Source of the DNA: Basidiobolus meristosporus CBS 931.73
Lineage: Eukaryota; Fungi; Basidiobolomycota
Length of the DNA stretch: 64,000 nucleotides
Assembly: GCA_002104905.1 (NCBI GenBank)
Contig: MCFE01000100.1
Location: 62,001-126,000, forward strand
Direction of reading: 5' to 3'
Part shown: piece after piece, positions 48,501-60,762 of the stretch
Numbering within the stretch: position 1 is the stretch's first letter
Layout of the letters: the number at the start of each line of letters is the position of its first letter
Position numbers and translations under genes: made by a program
The notes under the pieces: generated by a model
What the model was told of the DNA's origin: nothing
Databases searched by the model: none
Seen by the model: only the letters and a program-made list of their open reading frames with translations

Positions 48501-51500
48501 GAATCTTAGAATTGTCAAGGGTGACAGAAATATTAGCAGAGAAGTACTGGTTTAATATTGGCTTTGTATATAGTTGAGTTAGGCTATAAAGGCAACAGAG
48601 TTGCTTTGCTATACAGACTAGGCTTGGTGTTCATGGGAATTCTAGATATGCTGGTCTTGGGTGGAAACTAGAACAGAATTGTTGAGTTCTTAATTTTGCT
48701 GAGGCACAATCCTAATTTTGTTGAGACACACACTAAACCAAAAGATTTGGTAAGCTGTATTCATATTTCTCTGATCAAGTTGAATTAGTAAGAGCCAAGA
48801 GACTGGGCTGATTGAAATCTGTTTGGGTGCTCATAGGTGCATATGATAAATGAGAAATTGCATCATTAATCAGCTGATGTCTTGGCAACTGCTCAGTAGT
48901 TGGATAGATCTCAGATGACTAATCACTTGGAATGGCTTAGCAGATCAGTTGAGGACATAATGACTGTATCATAACTGATCAGGTGTGACAGCTAAAAATT
49001 GATTTTGAGAAGTGATAACATAAACTATAGCTGGGATTAGTTATGCTTGGGTTAGGGAAAATCAGTTAGGGTACTAGATTTTCTAACAGAGTAATATAGG
49101 CTAAGTTTTAAATGTTGATGCACAACATCACTTCCTCCCCAGAGAGGAGTTTTCTGATATCTTTTGGGTTCCCCTGTGGCTCTAATACTGATTGAAGATG
49201 GCAAAATCATCAAAGTTGGTGTAAGGTTCCCAGGTGTTGTGTTTGGCATCATATCCTTTCCACTTGACTAAATAAGGGCAACTTAGTTCTTCTCTATCTT
49301 GGTCAACAATAGCTTCAACTTCATAGGATTTTGAAGTAACTGGGTCTTGAGATATAAGCTTCAGTGAAGAAGGTGGAAAGTTTTTGGGTAGCCATGCTCC
49401 TGTATTGTCCTGAAGTACATATGATCCTCCAGTGGTCCATCTGACAACTTTGAATGGGCCTTCAAATTTGGGGTTGTGTTTAGATTGTTGGATTGGATCT
49501 AGTGTCATGACATATAACCCATCTGGCAAGCTGCTGTTCCTGTGTCTTAAGGCATATGTTGAAGTCATCTTTTGCTGTGAGGTCTTACATCTGGCACTGA
49601 TATCAGGGTAGACAATGTTGTTAAGGTACTCAAGCCAGTTCTTTAGCTTGTCTGTATTCAATTTTGCTAACTCTGTATTCTGGTAGTCTCCAAAGTGTTT
49701 GAATTTTCTTCCATACATCAACAAAATGGCATCAATCCATGTAGAGCAGCAATTTTGGGGTTGATAGCATACTGTATGGTTGGAATGTACTTGTCCCAGT
49801 TACTCTTGATACCTTTGATAGATTTCATGATGATGATCACTGAGGTCTGAACATGTCTTTCAGCAAGTCCATTAGCTTTGCAATGATATGGAGTGATCAG
49901 AAGGTGATTAATGGCGCTATTCTGACAAAGGGTTTTGATCACGTGATTCACAAACGCTGCTCCATTATCTGATTGAATTACCTTGCGGAATCCTAATAGG
50001 CAGAAGAGCTTGAATTGTGCTTGTGCAATAGTGACAGCATGCTTGTCTGGGATAGCTTGGAGGAAGACAATATATGTGCAGACATCCACAGCTGTAAAGA
50101 GGCAGTGATTACAATCATCAATAGTGGTGAAAGGTCCAGCCAGATCAATTGCAATATGATCCATAGGAAGGCTTGCATGGATGGGACTCAAAGGGTGAAA
50201 TCCTAGTGATATCCATCAGAATGTAGCCTCTTCATAAGTGTGCCAGCTCCAAAGTGGCCATGCAAATGACTCCTCTGCATCAATGTTTTCATTTCATTGG
50301 CATGTGGAAATGTCCAAGTTGCTGAATCCAGTTAAGGAATTATTTTGGAAGCTGTAGTGAGCTTACTGACTATGTCAGTAATCACATGTCCCTCCCAAGG
50401 TGAAGTTGGGAAAAGTCTTGAGAGGTGGTCAGGCAGGATGTTGAGGATTCCTTGGCAATGAGTAACTGTATATTCATAATCAAGTTGAGTATCAAGCCAG
50501 TTGGTGAGCATTAGAGTCAGAGTCTGTTGAGTATGGATATAGACAAGGGCTTGGTGGTCAGTGTACAGGGTAAAGGGTTACCCCATAAGTACTGATGAAA
50601 CTTCTTCAAGGCAACAACTATGGCAAGTGGCTCATTCTTAGCAGCAGAGTAGTTTCTCTCAGCAGGTTGTGGTGACTTGGCTTGGAAAGAGATCTAGTGA
50701 GGTGGATTTTGGTCTTCATCCTGGTATAGGACAGCCCCTAACCCAACATTAGATGCATCTGTAGCAACAACAAAGGTCTTAGTAAGGCCTGGGTAGGATA
50801 GGGTGGGTGCTAGTGGGAGCAGCTGGCAGAGTGACTCAAATGCTTGGGCATGATCCTTGTTCCAGGCTGAAGGAAGATCAGGACTATGGCATGATGCATC
50901 CAAAGGGGCACTCAAAGAGGACATGAGAGGAATGTGTTCCCTGAAATAGCTGAATACTCAAAGATAATGTTGGAGTTTCTTAGCGTTAGTGGGTTTTGGC
51001 CATTCAGGAATATTGACCAGCATGAAAGGGTCAAGTTGGTGGCCATCTGGTGTGACTATGAATCCAGGAAGATTGATTTTGAGGCAAGCAAGACTGCACT
51101 TTTCAGCATTAAGAATCAGTCCAGCAGCTGTTAGTCTATTGATGACATTGATGACATGAGTTGCATGATCATCATGGTTTGTGGAAAATATGATGGCATC
51201 ATCAACAAATACTAAGGTGTATGTTGCATTCTTGAGTATCATAGTCATGACTCTCTGGAACATGCTGGTAAGTGTCTTTAGGCCAAAGGGAGCTCCCTGA
51301 AACATCCATTTCATAATATTCCTAGTAAAGGCAGTTGTATGCTGATGATAAGGATGGATCTGGATTTGGTGATATGCATCCTTCATGTCCAATTTGGAGA
51401 ATACTTTTACACCTGATAGTGAGGAAAAGATATCCTGGATTTGTGGAATTGGAAGTTTATCATCTTGGAGAAGTTTGTTCAGAGGTCTAGGGTCCAAACA

Positions 51501-52380
51501 GGGCCTCTTCAGAGTTAGATTTCCATTTGCATCCTTCTTGGGTGCAAGTATCAAAGGGCTATTGAATATTGTGTTGACAGGGGCTTGAGTGATAATTCCA
51601 TTGTCAGCCCACTTTTGGACTATTTCATCAACTAAGTGCTGACAAGAATGTGGAATTGGGTATTGCCTCCTCCATGTTGACTCACCAGGTGGGGTTTCTA
51701 GCATAACAATGGATTCTGGAATAGTGCAGAAACTGCTCCTAGGAATGACTTGGTTTCTTTCAATGGCCGGCTGAATTTCCAATTTGACTGATTGAGAATA
51801 CACTTGAAAAGTTGGGGTTGCTCCTCTGCTTCCAGAAGGGGAGATATAATCTCTGGAATCCAATCTGTTCTGGGTGGCTGAGACTTAGTGATTCCAGGAT
51901 ATGAAACTTGTAGTCTGTCTATATGAAAGCCAAGTTTGGTGAAGGTGTCTAGACCAATGACTAACTGAGGTCCATCTGGAATGTCAATAACTTCTATTTG
52001 ATGGATTATAGTCATTGAACCACAATGTATGCTGATTGGGTTGGTGATACCAATTCTTGGGGCTGAGAGGTCCTTAGCTGCAAGTATGATTTTTCCTGGT
52101 TGATTTTCTATTTCCAATTTGAGTTCTTTGACTACATTAGGTGATACAATAGAGTTGGATCATCCAGTGTCTAGTAGTGCTACATATGATTGGCCATTGA
52201 GTTAGAGTGGCACCTCTATAGCTTTTGGCTGTGCAATCAGTTGCTTCTTTTCTTGAACAGTTGCAATCTTAGCTGGAATTTCAAAAAGGTTGTTATAATC
52301 TTAAACTGTCAGTTCTTCATATGATTCCTCACACCCTGTCATTTCATTAGCTGAATTTCATCTAGGATCTGAGTAATCTT
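48500..52380 (-). mobile_element. Chromodomain Ty3/gypsy (chromovirus), 5'-truncated; 3' LTR starts at 49127 (left end uncertain)
   Basis: Protease LLDTG (~52170), RT 50958-51863 (FVDD), RNase H ATDASNVGLGAVLYQ, integrase 49718-50191 (IDLAGP, SDNG, GLAER), GPF motif, and chromodomain YEVEAIV...YLVKWKGYDAKHNTWEP. PPT GGGGAGGAAGTGA precedes TGTTG. Confidence 0.92.
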
Positions 52381-52389
52381 TGCCATTGG

Positions 52390-53833
52390 TGTAGTGGGGT
52401 CACAATGACACCCACTGACAGATGTGCTCATTCCTATATTTTCTACTTCCCTATTCCTCTACTACACTTATTTTAGTTTCATCCCATTTGTCTTACTTAG
52501 TCAGTACTATCCCAAAAGCCAGCTGACTATCACACCTGCTTACCTTATTGAATAAGTTATCCCTCACTTTATGTAAGATTACTAGCTGTAAGTGCTTCTA
52601 TATTAGGCAGGTACCCGTGCCAGTACCTGTGACATATGATCTACCCATGTCACCATCCCTACCATTTCTATACCATATATGATATCCCTATGCTACACAG
52701 GCTTCTGAGTACTGATTCCTGATTAGTTGGATGTGCTGTGCCTCTTAGAACCTTCTGGGACCTACTTAGAATACTCTTAGCTCATTCTGATGTGATTAAG
52801 ATTTCTACTGATCTCTGGAACCTTCTGGAACACCATGATTAGTATTCACTTAGCCAGTGAGAGAAGTATAAAAGGGAGGCAATCCCTCAACAATAAATCA
52901 TCATCCCTTTTATCAATAAGCCAACTTGTTGATTAGTGTGATCACTGCTACCTGCTGCTACCTGAACTTCCAACCCCAGACCACAGGACACTCCCAGGAA
53001 ACTGCATTGACAGCCAACTGACCTTGGAAGCACTACTTGGGAGGAATACTCAGAGTAGGTATCTTTGATTATATTTGATTCTTTCCCAAGTTTGTTCTTG
53101 TTCAGGCAAAGAAACTTTTCTGTCTTTGTAACTATTGACCACAGCTGCATTGTTATCAAGTCCCTGCCGGTGGAGTTTACAATTGTTTTGACTTTGGAAG
53201 CTTTAATGCAGTGTCATATCAAAGGACACTAAACCCAGTACATACTTTTGTTAAGACACCAACTAAGTTGGGAATTGTAGCTCAATAGTTCTCTCTTGAC
53301 AGGCCTGTGACTTTATTCCCCCTCACATTAAATTAGAGACAGAACCCAAGTATTTGTAGCAAGCTTTTGCCAGAGGTTATTGCACCCAGTAAGCACCACA
53401 CACGCAAAACACTTGAGAAGTGTTGTATGTATCTCTCCCTTGGACTTATACACCACCACATATTTGGCACCCAATGTGGGGGGATTCATACAAGCTCCTT
53501 AGGACCCAACAAGATGTATCTGTAAATTTGAGCCATTGTCCACTTATTGAAAAGAGACTACCAATACCATCAAGATTACAACACCAACCTACCTACCCAG
53601 AATGAACTCTATGCCATTACCACTCTCACATGGAGCTCCACAGTTTGATGGAAGAAATATGGAAAGCTTCATATTCCAATGGGAGAAGCTCTGCAAGATG
53701 TGCAGCCTATCTGAACAAGAAATGGCTGAGGACTTCCCCTACTACTGCACCAAAGATATTACCACTAAGCTTCTCAGACAAAGTGACATTCTCACTGACT
53801 GGGCCTTAATGAAGACCTACCTACAAACCAAAT
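52390..53833 (+). mobile_element. Gypsy element 5' end: 1071 bp LTR (52390-53460), tRNA-Lys PBS (53465-53481), gag start (53602)
   Basis: TGGCACCCAATGTGGGG equals the tRNA-Lys PBS TGGCGCCCAACGTGGGG with both CpGs decayed. ORF 53602-53841 has a gag-like APQFDGRNMESFIFQWE. Interrupted by copia at 53834. Confidence 0.85.
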
Positions 53834-56800
53834 TGTTGTAAGAGTCTTGGAGATATTGGAAGTGATTGGGAGAACAAGTAGATTATGTGGTTTTCACTTA
53901 ATGATTTACTGAATGTAAAAGTAGTATTTATACTTTTACATGGTCTTGGCATTAGAAACATGTAAAATAGGCTAATGAAGGTCCCAAAAACATGTGTGCA
54001 AAGTTTGGGGCTGTTTGGACAGCTTTGAGAATTTTCATGTTCTAGGTACCTGGTACTTGTTGCAAGAGTCTTGGAGATATTGGAAGTGATTGGGAGAACA
54101 AGTAGATTATGTGGTTTTCACTTAATGATTTATTGAATGTAAAAGTAGTATTTATAGTTTTACCTGGTCTTGGCATTACAAACATGTAGAATAGGTTAAG
54201 GAAGGTCCCAAGAACATGTGTGCAAAGTTTGGGGCTGTTTGGACAACTTTGAGAATTTTCATGTTCTGGGTACCTGGTATTTTGGTGAAATTATTCCAAG
54301 TAAATCCCAACAAGGAATTTGGTCAGTATTCTCTAGGATTTGAAGGTGATGATCTAAGTGACTAAGTTAGGTGAATATTTAGGTGGAAATACAAATTTTT
54401 ACAACACTCCCACTCAGCTAAATGTCCATACTGACTAGTCGTAATTTTGACCTAAGATATTCAAACTTGTCTCTAGCCAATGGTTTGGTAAATATGTCTG
54501 CAATCATTTCATCTGTAGAACAGTTAACTAAGCTAACTAAGTTATTCTCTATAGCTTCACGTATGAAATGATGTCTAATATCTATGTGCTTGGTTCTAGC
54601 ATGAAAAGTTGGATTTCTACCTAATTGTATACATCCTTGATTATCTTGAAATAAAGTAATAGGCGTTTTTTGACATAGGCCTAAATCTGCAAAGAGCTTT
54701 CTTAACCACATTGCTTCTTTTGTAGCTTCACAGGCTGCAATATACTCTGCCTCTGTAGTAGAAAGTGCTACGGTTGGTTGCTTTCTTGAATTCCATGAAA
54801 TTGCTCCTTTACAGTAAAGAAAGGTGTATCCTGTGGTGGATCTTCTGTCTTCCAAATTTTGTCCCCAATCAGCCTCAGAGTATCCCACAAGATCCTGTTC
54901 TGAATCCTTATAAGTGTATCTTAAGCAGATATCAGCAGTTTCTTTTAGGTATCTAAAAATCCGCTTAACTGCTGCAATATGATCAGATCCATAATTCTGA
55001 TTATGTTGGCTGACAACTCCCACTGAATATGAGATATCTGGACGTGTTCCAAGCATGCTATACATCAGACTGCCGACCATAGATTGATAAGGAAAGTCAG
55101 GGCTTTCAGATGGCACCAAGCTCTCTTGATTTGGTTGAGTTTTGACCAAGTTAAGGTTTGTCTCCATTGGGGTAGCTGCCGGTTTACAGTCTTCCAGTTG
55201 GTACTTCTTTAGTATATCTTGAATATACTTGGATTGGCTTATGGTGATAGTCTGGGTACTTCTGTCTATGGAGAACTTAATCCCTAAGTAGTAACTAAGT
55301 TCTCCTAGATTGGACATCTTGAACTCCTTAGATAGGCTAGATTTAGTCTCTTCCAATGTTTCTAGGTTATTGGCGGCTAAAATAAGATCATCCACATATA
55401 GAGCTAATAGAACTGGATTTGCTCTATCTGGCTTATAGTATATACTATAGTCAGCATTACTCCTTTTGAAACTCAAAGATTCCAAATAAGAATCTATCTT
55501 GCAATTCCAGGCTCTTGGTGATTGTTTGAGACCATATAGTTACTTTTTAAGCTTGCAGACCAAATGGGGGTTATCTTGGTCAACAAACCCATCAGGCTGG
55601 TCCATATACACGTCCTCATCAAGTTCTCCATTCAAAAATGCAGTTTTTACATCCATTTGATGAATAAAAAACTTATATTTGGCTGCAATAGCCAATATTA
55701 ATCTGATGGAATTAAACTTGGCTACCGGTGCAAAGGTCTCAGTATAGTCAAGTCCTTTTGTTTGAGAGTATCCTTTGGCTACAAGTCTTGCTTTGTATCT
55801 TTCAATTGTACCATCAGCCTTGTATTTTGTCTTGAAGACCCATCTGCATCTAATTGATTTTTGGTTGATTGGTAATGTGGCTAAGTCCCAAGTTTGATTT
55901 TCCATCAGGGCCTGATATTCCTCAGTCATTGCAGATCTCCAAAACTTCATCTGAGGGCTATTTAGGGCCTCTTTTACAGTCTGGGGTTCATCAATATGGA
56001 CTGAATAGGCATAGGCTAAGTTTGTGCCCTCATTGATATAGTAATTTGGGCTATTTCTTGTCTGATTGGATCTCCAGGCATTTGATACTGGAATGATCAC
56101 TTCTGGGATATTCCTGGGCACTGATTCAGGCTGAGCCACAGTTGTAGAGTCCTCTGGAGTAAAAAAATTTTCACTGTTTTACTCTGACTCAATCCTGACA
56201 ATTGGTGGACTTGAGATCAAATTTTTGTCATTATCTGATGTCATTTTTTGTGAAAGTTTTGAATTTTCCTCAAACAACACATCCCTGAGCTTGATTAGCT
56301 TCTTTGCTTTGGTATTGTAGAGTCTGTATGCTTAACTCTTATTGCAGTAGTCCAATAATATGCATTTTACACTGTTTGGCTCAAATTTTGACTGATTTCT
56401 GGGCAGATTCTTGGCATATGCTGTACATCCAAATATTCTTAGATGTTCTGCACTTGGTCTGTATCCATACCATGCTTCAAATGGAGTAGAATCAAAAGTA
56501 TTCTGTTATAACTCCTGTTTTTAAGGTATACAGCTGTGGCAACTGATTCCACCCAAAAATCATAGGATAATTTTTGATCATGGATCATAGATTTTGCCAT
56601 ATCAATTGTTGTTCTGTTTGCATGTTCTGCTACTCCATTTTGCTGTGGGGAGTATGGTACAGTAGTCTCTTGCTTTATCCCATGAATTTTGCCGAAGTGG
56701 ATGAAGAGTTTTGAGGTATATTCTCCACCAATGTCAGAGTGTATTTTCTTGATTTTTTCACCAGTTTCTCTCTCCACCATGGCTTTAAACTCCCTAAGCT

Positions 56801-58739
56801 TAGACAGAGCTTCTTCCTTTCTCTTCATGAAGTAGACTCATGTGTATTGTGTATAATCATCAATAAAAGTGATTAAATACTTCATCCCGCCTAGGGATAA
56901 ATTTTGCAAAGGTCCACACAGATCTGAGTGAATTAGATCTAATTTTTCTTAGTTTTAATTAACCCAGAGCTCTTGAATGGTTGTCTGGCTTGTTTCCCAT
57001 ATATGCAGGCTTCACAGTGCTCCAAATTAGCTGGGGGACCAATTTTTACTCTGGAAATTAGCTGATCTTTGATCATTTTGCACAAATAATCATAGTTGAT
57101 GTGTCCAAATCTCCTGTGCCAAAGTATTGGTGTCGCTTCATTTAAGTTACTTATATTGGCTTCCAAATGTGATGGAATATAAGTCAACTTGTATAGATTC
57201 TGATCTCTGATACCCAAAGTAATATGGGCACCATTTTGATCAGTGATCTTGCATCCAGAATTGTCAAAGCTGAAACTGAGTTCTTCTGCAGTGGCCTTGC
57301 TTACAGATAGTAGGTTCTTGGCTATTTCTGGTACATAGAGTACTTCTTTGAAGGTCAGTGTATGGGTTCCTTCACTGCTTCTTAGATTTACTTGGATAGT
57401 TCCTTCTCCCACTGCATCAAGTGTTCTATTGTCACCTATGAAAACCTTCTTAATTAGAATTTCTTGATATTGGGTAAAAAGTTCTATTTGGTGTGTAAAG
57501 TGTTGAGATGCTCCAGAGTCAATATACCATGTCTGAGAATCCTTGTTTGTGGTCATATATAGTGCAGGTATGAGTAGTCTTTCTTCAGTTGTTGCAGCAT
57601 TTTCATGTTCAGGCTTCTTTTGCTGATTATCTTTCTTTTTGAAGCACCAGTCTAATATGTGTACTTTCCTTTTGCAGTAGTTACAAAACAGGTTGCTGTT
57701 ACCTTTGTAGGGTCTTGGGTACCTCCTTTGTTGGTTATCATTGCTTATTAAAGCATTTTCTTCTTCCTTCTTATTTGGGCTTGATTTTCTTAATTCTTCA
57801 TCCAGGAGCCTTCTATATATGTAATATAAGGTCAAATCTTCAGTTCTGGTCTCAAGGGCTGATACAAGGCCCTGAAACTTGTCTGTCAGGCTATTCAGGA
57901 TGGTAACTATCACATCCTCATCAGTAGTTGGTACACCCACAGATCCCATTTCATCTACCAGCAGGGAAATTCTGTTAATTAGATTTTTCATTTCTTCTCC
58001 TAGTAGCATCTTTGTAGTAAAGAATTTTTGTCTCAGATACATTTTCTGAGCAGCTGAACATGACTGGTAGGTGTCTTCTAATGCCTTCCAGGCATTCTTT
58101 GTCATTTTTGCTCTTGAGCATTGAATTAGCAATTTGTCCTTGACATTAAGGCAAATGCAGTTAAAGGCACTTTGTTCTTTCTTCTGGTACTTTAAGGCTT
58201 CCTCTCCCACATTTTTTGGAGGGTATTCTTCTCCCATGACAATATCCCAATGGCCTCTTTGTTGTAGCAGCATCTTCATCTTCACCTTCCACACTTGGTA
58301 GTTAGATCCATCCAACTTTTCAGCAGAGTGAAATATTCCAGTAATAGCAGTAGTAGACATTGCAGAGAGTGACAGCTTGGGGCTCATAGCCTGTTGTAAG
58401 AGTTTTGGAGATATTGGAAGTGATTGGGAGAACAAGTAGATTATGTGGTTTTCACTTGATGATTTATTGAATGTAAAGTAGTATTTATACTTTTACATGA
58501 TCTTGGCTTTACAAATATGTAAAATAGGCTAATGCAGGTCCCAAGAACATGTGTGCAAAGTTTGGGGCTGTTTGGACAACTTTGAGAATTTGCATGTTGT
58601 AGGTACCTGGTATTTTGGTGAAAATATTTTAAGTAAATCCCAACAAGGAATTTGGTTGGTATTCACTAGGATTTGAAGGTAATGATCCAAGTGACTAAGC
58701 TAGGTGAATATTTAGGTGGAATTACAAATTTTTTCAACA
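53834..58739 (-). mobile_element. Copia family A chimera: partial LTR 53834-54057, full LTR 54058-54406, PPT, best-preserved pol, PBS, 5' LTR 58392-58739
   Basis: Long ORFs 54418-55485 (RT/RNase H), 55540-56139 and 56939-58435 (gag-PR). PBS GGCTATGAGCCCC at 58391. No TSD found. Confidence 0.93.
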
Positions 58740-59280
58740 TATTCAACATAAGATGAACATACTGCACTGTGTATCTGAGCTCAAATGAGATACCAATAGT
58801 ATCCTGCTGACTCATATCACTGATGAGGCCAAGACATGCAGCCAGCATGTGAAGATTGAAGAGGTGAAACTGTCACAGTCACTGATCATCACACAAAAGG
58901 TGATAAAAATACAACCTGCCTGTGAGATGGTGATCTTGTAAGAGACACCCATAGCTTGTTTGACAAATGAGTATATGATAACCCCAACAAAGGTATTGGA
59001 CCATCTAGTAGGAATCTCAGTCCTTAAAGCATCAATACCACCAAAATTTGAAGAGCAAAGCTTGAACTGCTTAGTAGTTAATCACATACAATGCACAGTG
59101 ATACTACCTAGAGGAGTGTTGTTGTTGAACATACAAGAAGTTGACGGTAACAACCAAGTACCACCTACAGGCAAAGAGCCAAAAGAGGAGCCCCCTGAGC
59201 TGGATGTGGACCCTGGTCCACCTCCTGTGCTACAGGATAAATACCTAGAAGGAATACACCCACCTGTCCATGTATTCTCT
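58740..59280 (+). pseudogene. Possible continuation of the interrupted gypsy gag
   Basis: Open stretch including ORF 58960-59355 on the same strand as the gag at 53602. No diagnostic motif; assignment is positional only. Confidence 0.3.
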
Positions 59281-59288
59281 AAGAACCA

Positions 59289-59997
59289 GGTGGAATTACA
59301 AACTCTTACAACAAGAACAACTAGATTAGCTGGTTTTCACCTAATAATCTATTGAGTGTAAAAGTAATGTCTATACTTTTACATAAACCTGGCAAAAATA
59401 GCCCATAGAATATGCTTAGGAAGGTACCAAAAGCATATGAGCAAAGTTTGGAGCTGTTTGGACAACCTTAAGAAATCATGTGTTCTAGGTGCCTGACATT
59501 TGTTGTGATTATCATGTTGTCACCTAGATATTCATACTAACTAACTCACATAGATCTTATTCTGTGATTAGCATTCTGTCCTGACCAGACTTCTTGTTGG
59601 GACCTGGAATATTTTCAGCAAATTATCAGGTACCCAGATTATGACCTTTCTCAAGGTTATCCAAAAGACCCCAAGCTTTGCACACATATTCTTGGGACCT
59701 TGCTAAGCATATGCTATGTGCTGTTTTTGCCAAGACTATGTTAAAGTATAAACATTACTTTTACATTCAATAAATTATCAAGTGAAAACCAGCTAATCTA
59801 GATGTTCTTGTTGAAAAAATTTGTAATTCCACCTAAATATTCACCCAAGTCACTTGGATCATTACCCACAAATCTTATAGAATTCTGACCAAACTCCTTG
59901 TTGGGATTTACTTGGAATATCTTCATCAAAACATTAGGTACCCAGAACATGAAAATTCCCAAGGTTGTCCAAGCAGCCCCAAACTTTGCCCACATGC
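59289..59997. repeat. Cluster of old copia A LTR fragments forming an inverted repeat (arms ~59289-59510 and ~59615-59833)
   Basis: ggtggaattacaaa..caacaagaaca.ctagattagctggttttcac occurs on + at 59289 and on - ending at 59833. Confidence 0.8.
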
Positions 59998-60621
59998 CCT
60001 AAGGAGGATCGATAACCAGAGCTGGGGTCCTCAGGGAGCGGGATAAAGCAGAAATAATGCCATGAGGATCATTATATGTGTGGAGGGATAGATTACGCAT
60101 GGGCATCCATCGAGCGGTTTCGTGATAAGAGCAGAAGATTGAATATTGTTATGGATTGGTAGAGAATGTTGGTGCCAAACACCCCCCCCCTCCAAGGTTT
60201 TGTGGCAACTGACATTAGGTTTGGGTGCGATTGAGGAAGTGTGGGCATGGTATTGAATATATTACAGAAGGGCATGGTGCAGCGAGCACAGAGGTTTGAG
60301 TGATTGGCCAAATCTGCGGAGTTGAAGAATCATCTAAAATTATGAAATTCGCTGACATATTGTACGATCGGCCGGGCACACCCTCCGATGTCGTTGGCAA
60401 CACTCTGGACCTTCGAAACCGAACCCATGGCAATCTCGGAGGCTACCAGAGCCATGAGGTCGGGAAGGCAGCCAAGGTTTGGAAGCGACGGGGATCCTCA
60501 ATAATAGTACAACTTTATAGTGGTTTCTGAATACATAAGGTGAGCTAGACTTGCAAGTTAGAGATAGACTGGATAGTGTCACATAAAATACATTTTTCAT
60601 GATCAAAAACTAAACGTAGGC

Positions 60622-60703
60622 GTGGGAGTGGGAGTGGGAGTGAGAGTGAGAGTGGTGGAGGTGAGGTACGGTGAGGTTCGGTTGGGTGCGGTGCGGTGCG
60701 GTG
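60622..60703. repeat. Short (GGGAGT)n / (GGTGC)n low-complexity tract just downstream of the PUF stop codon
   Basis: gtgggagtgggagtgggagtgagagtgagagt and ggtgcggtgcggtgcggtg seen directly. Confidence 0.8.
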
Positions 60704-60762
60704 AAGAATCACTAAAAAATTGGATATAAAACACGAAATGAAAGGGATTCCATCGGTGAGAT

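Noticed and set aside
51140-51230. FVDD instead of YVDD in the gypsy RT active site
   Set aside because: It is a single change in a frameshifted copy and cannot be distinguished from decay or ordinary variation.
1640-59990. Repeat-induced point mutation (RIP) as the cause of TE decay
   Set aside because: CpA/TpG is abundant rather than depleted, LTR pairs differ by many transversions, and losses concentrate at CpG and scale with apparent age. Slow methyl-CpG deamination fits better; not quantified.
60000-60530. CpG-containing segment with small ORFs (60093-60311, 60215-60433, 60300-60530) as a possible small gene
   Set aside because: The ORFs are short, have no motif and show no convincing splice structure. 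Left unannotated.
60502-60592. UGUA-containing motifs downstream of the PUF stop (UGUAUUUUA at 60592, UGUACUAUUA at 60511) as autoregulatory sites
   Set aside because: Neither matches the Puf4 consensus well, the UTR end is unknown, and such motifs arise by chance in AT-rich DNA.
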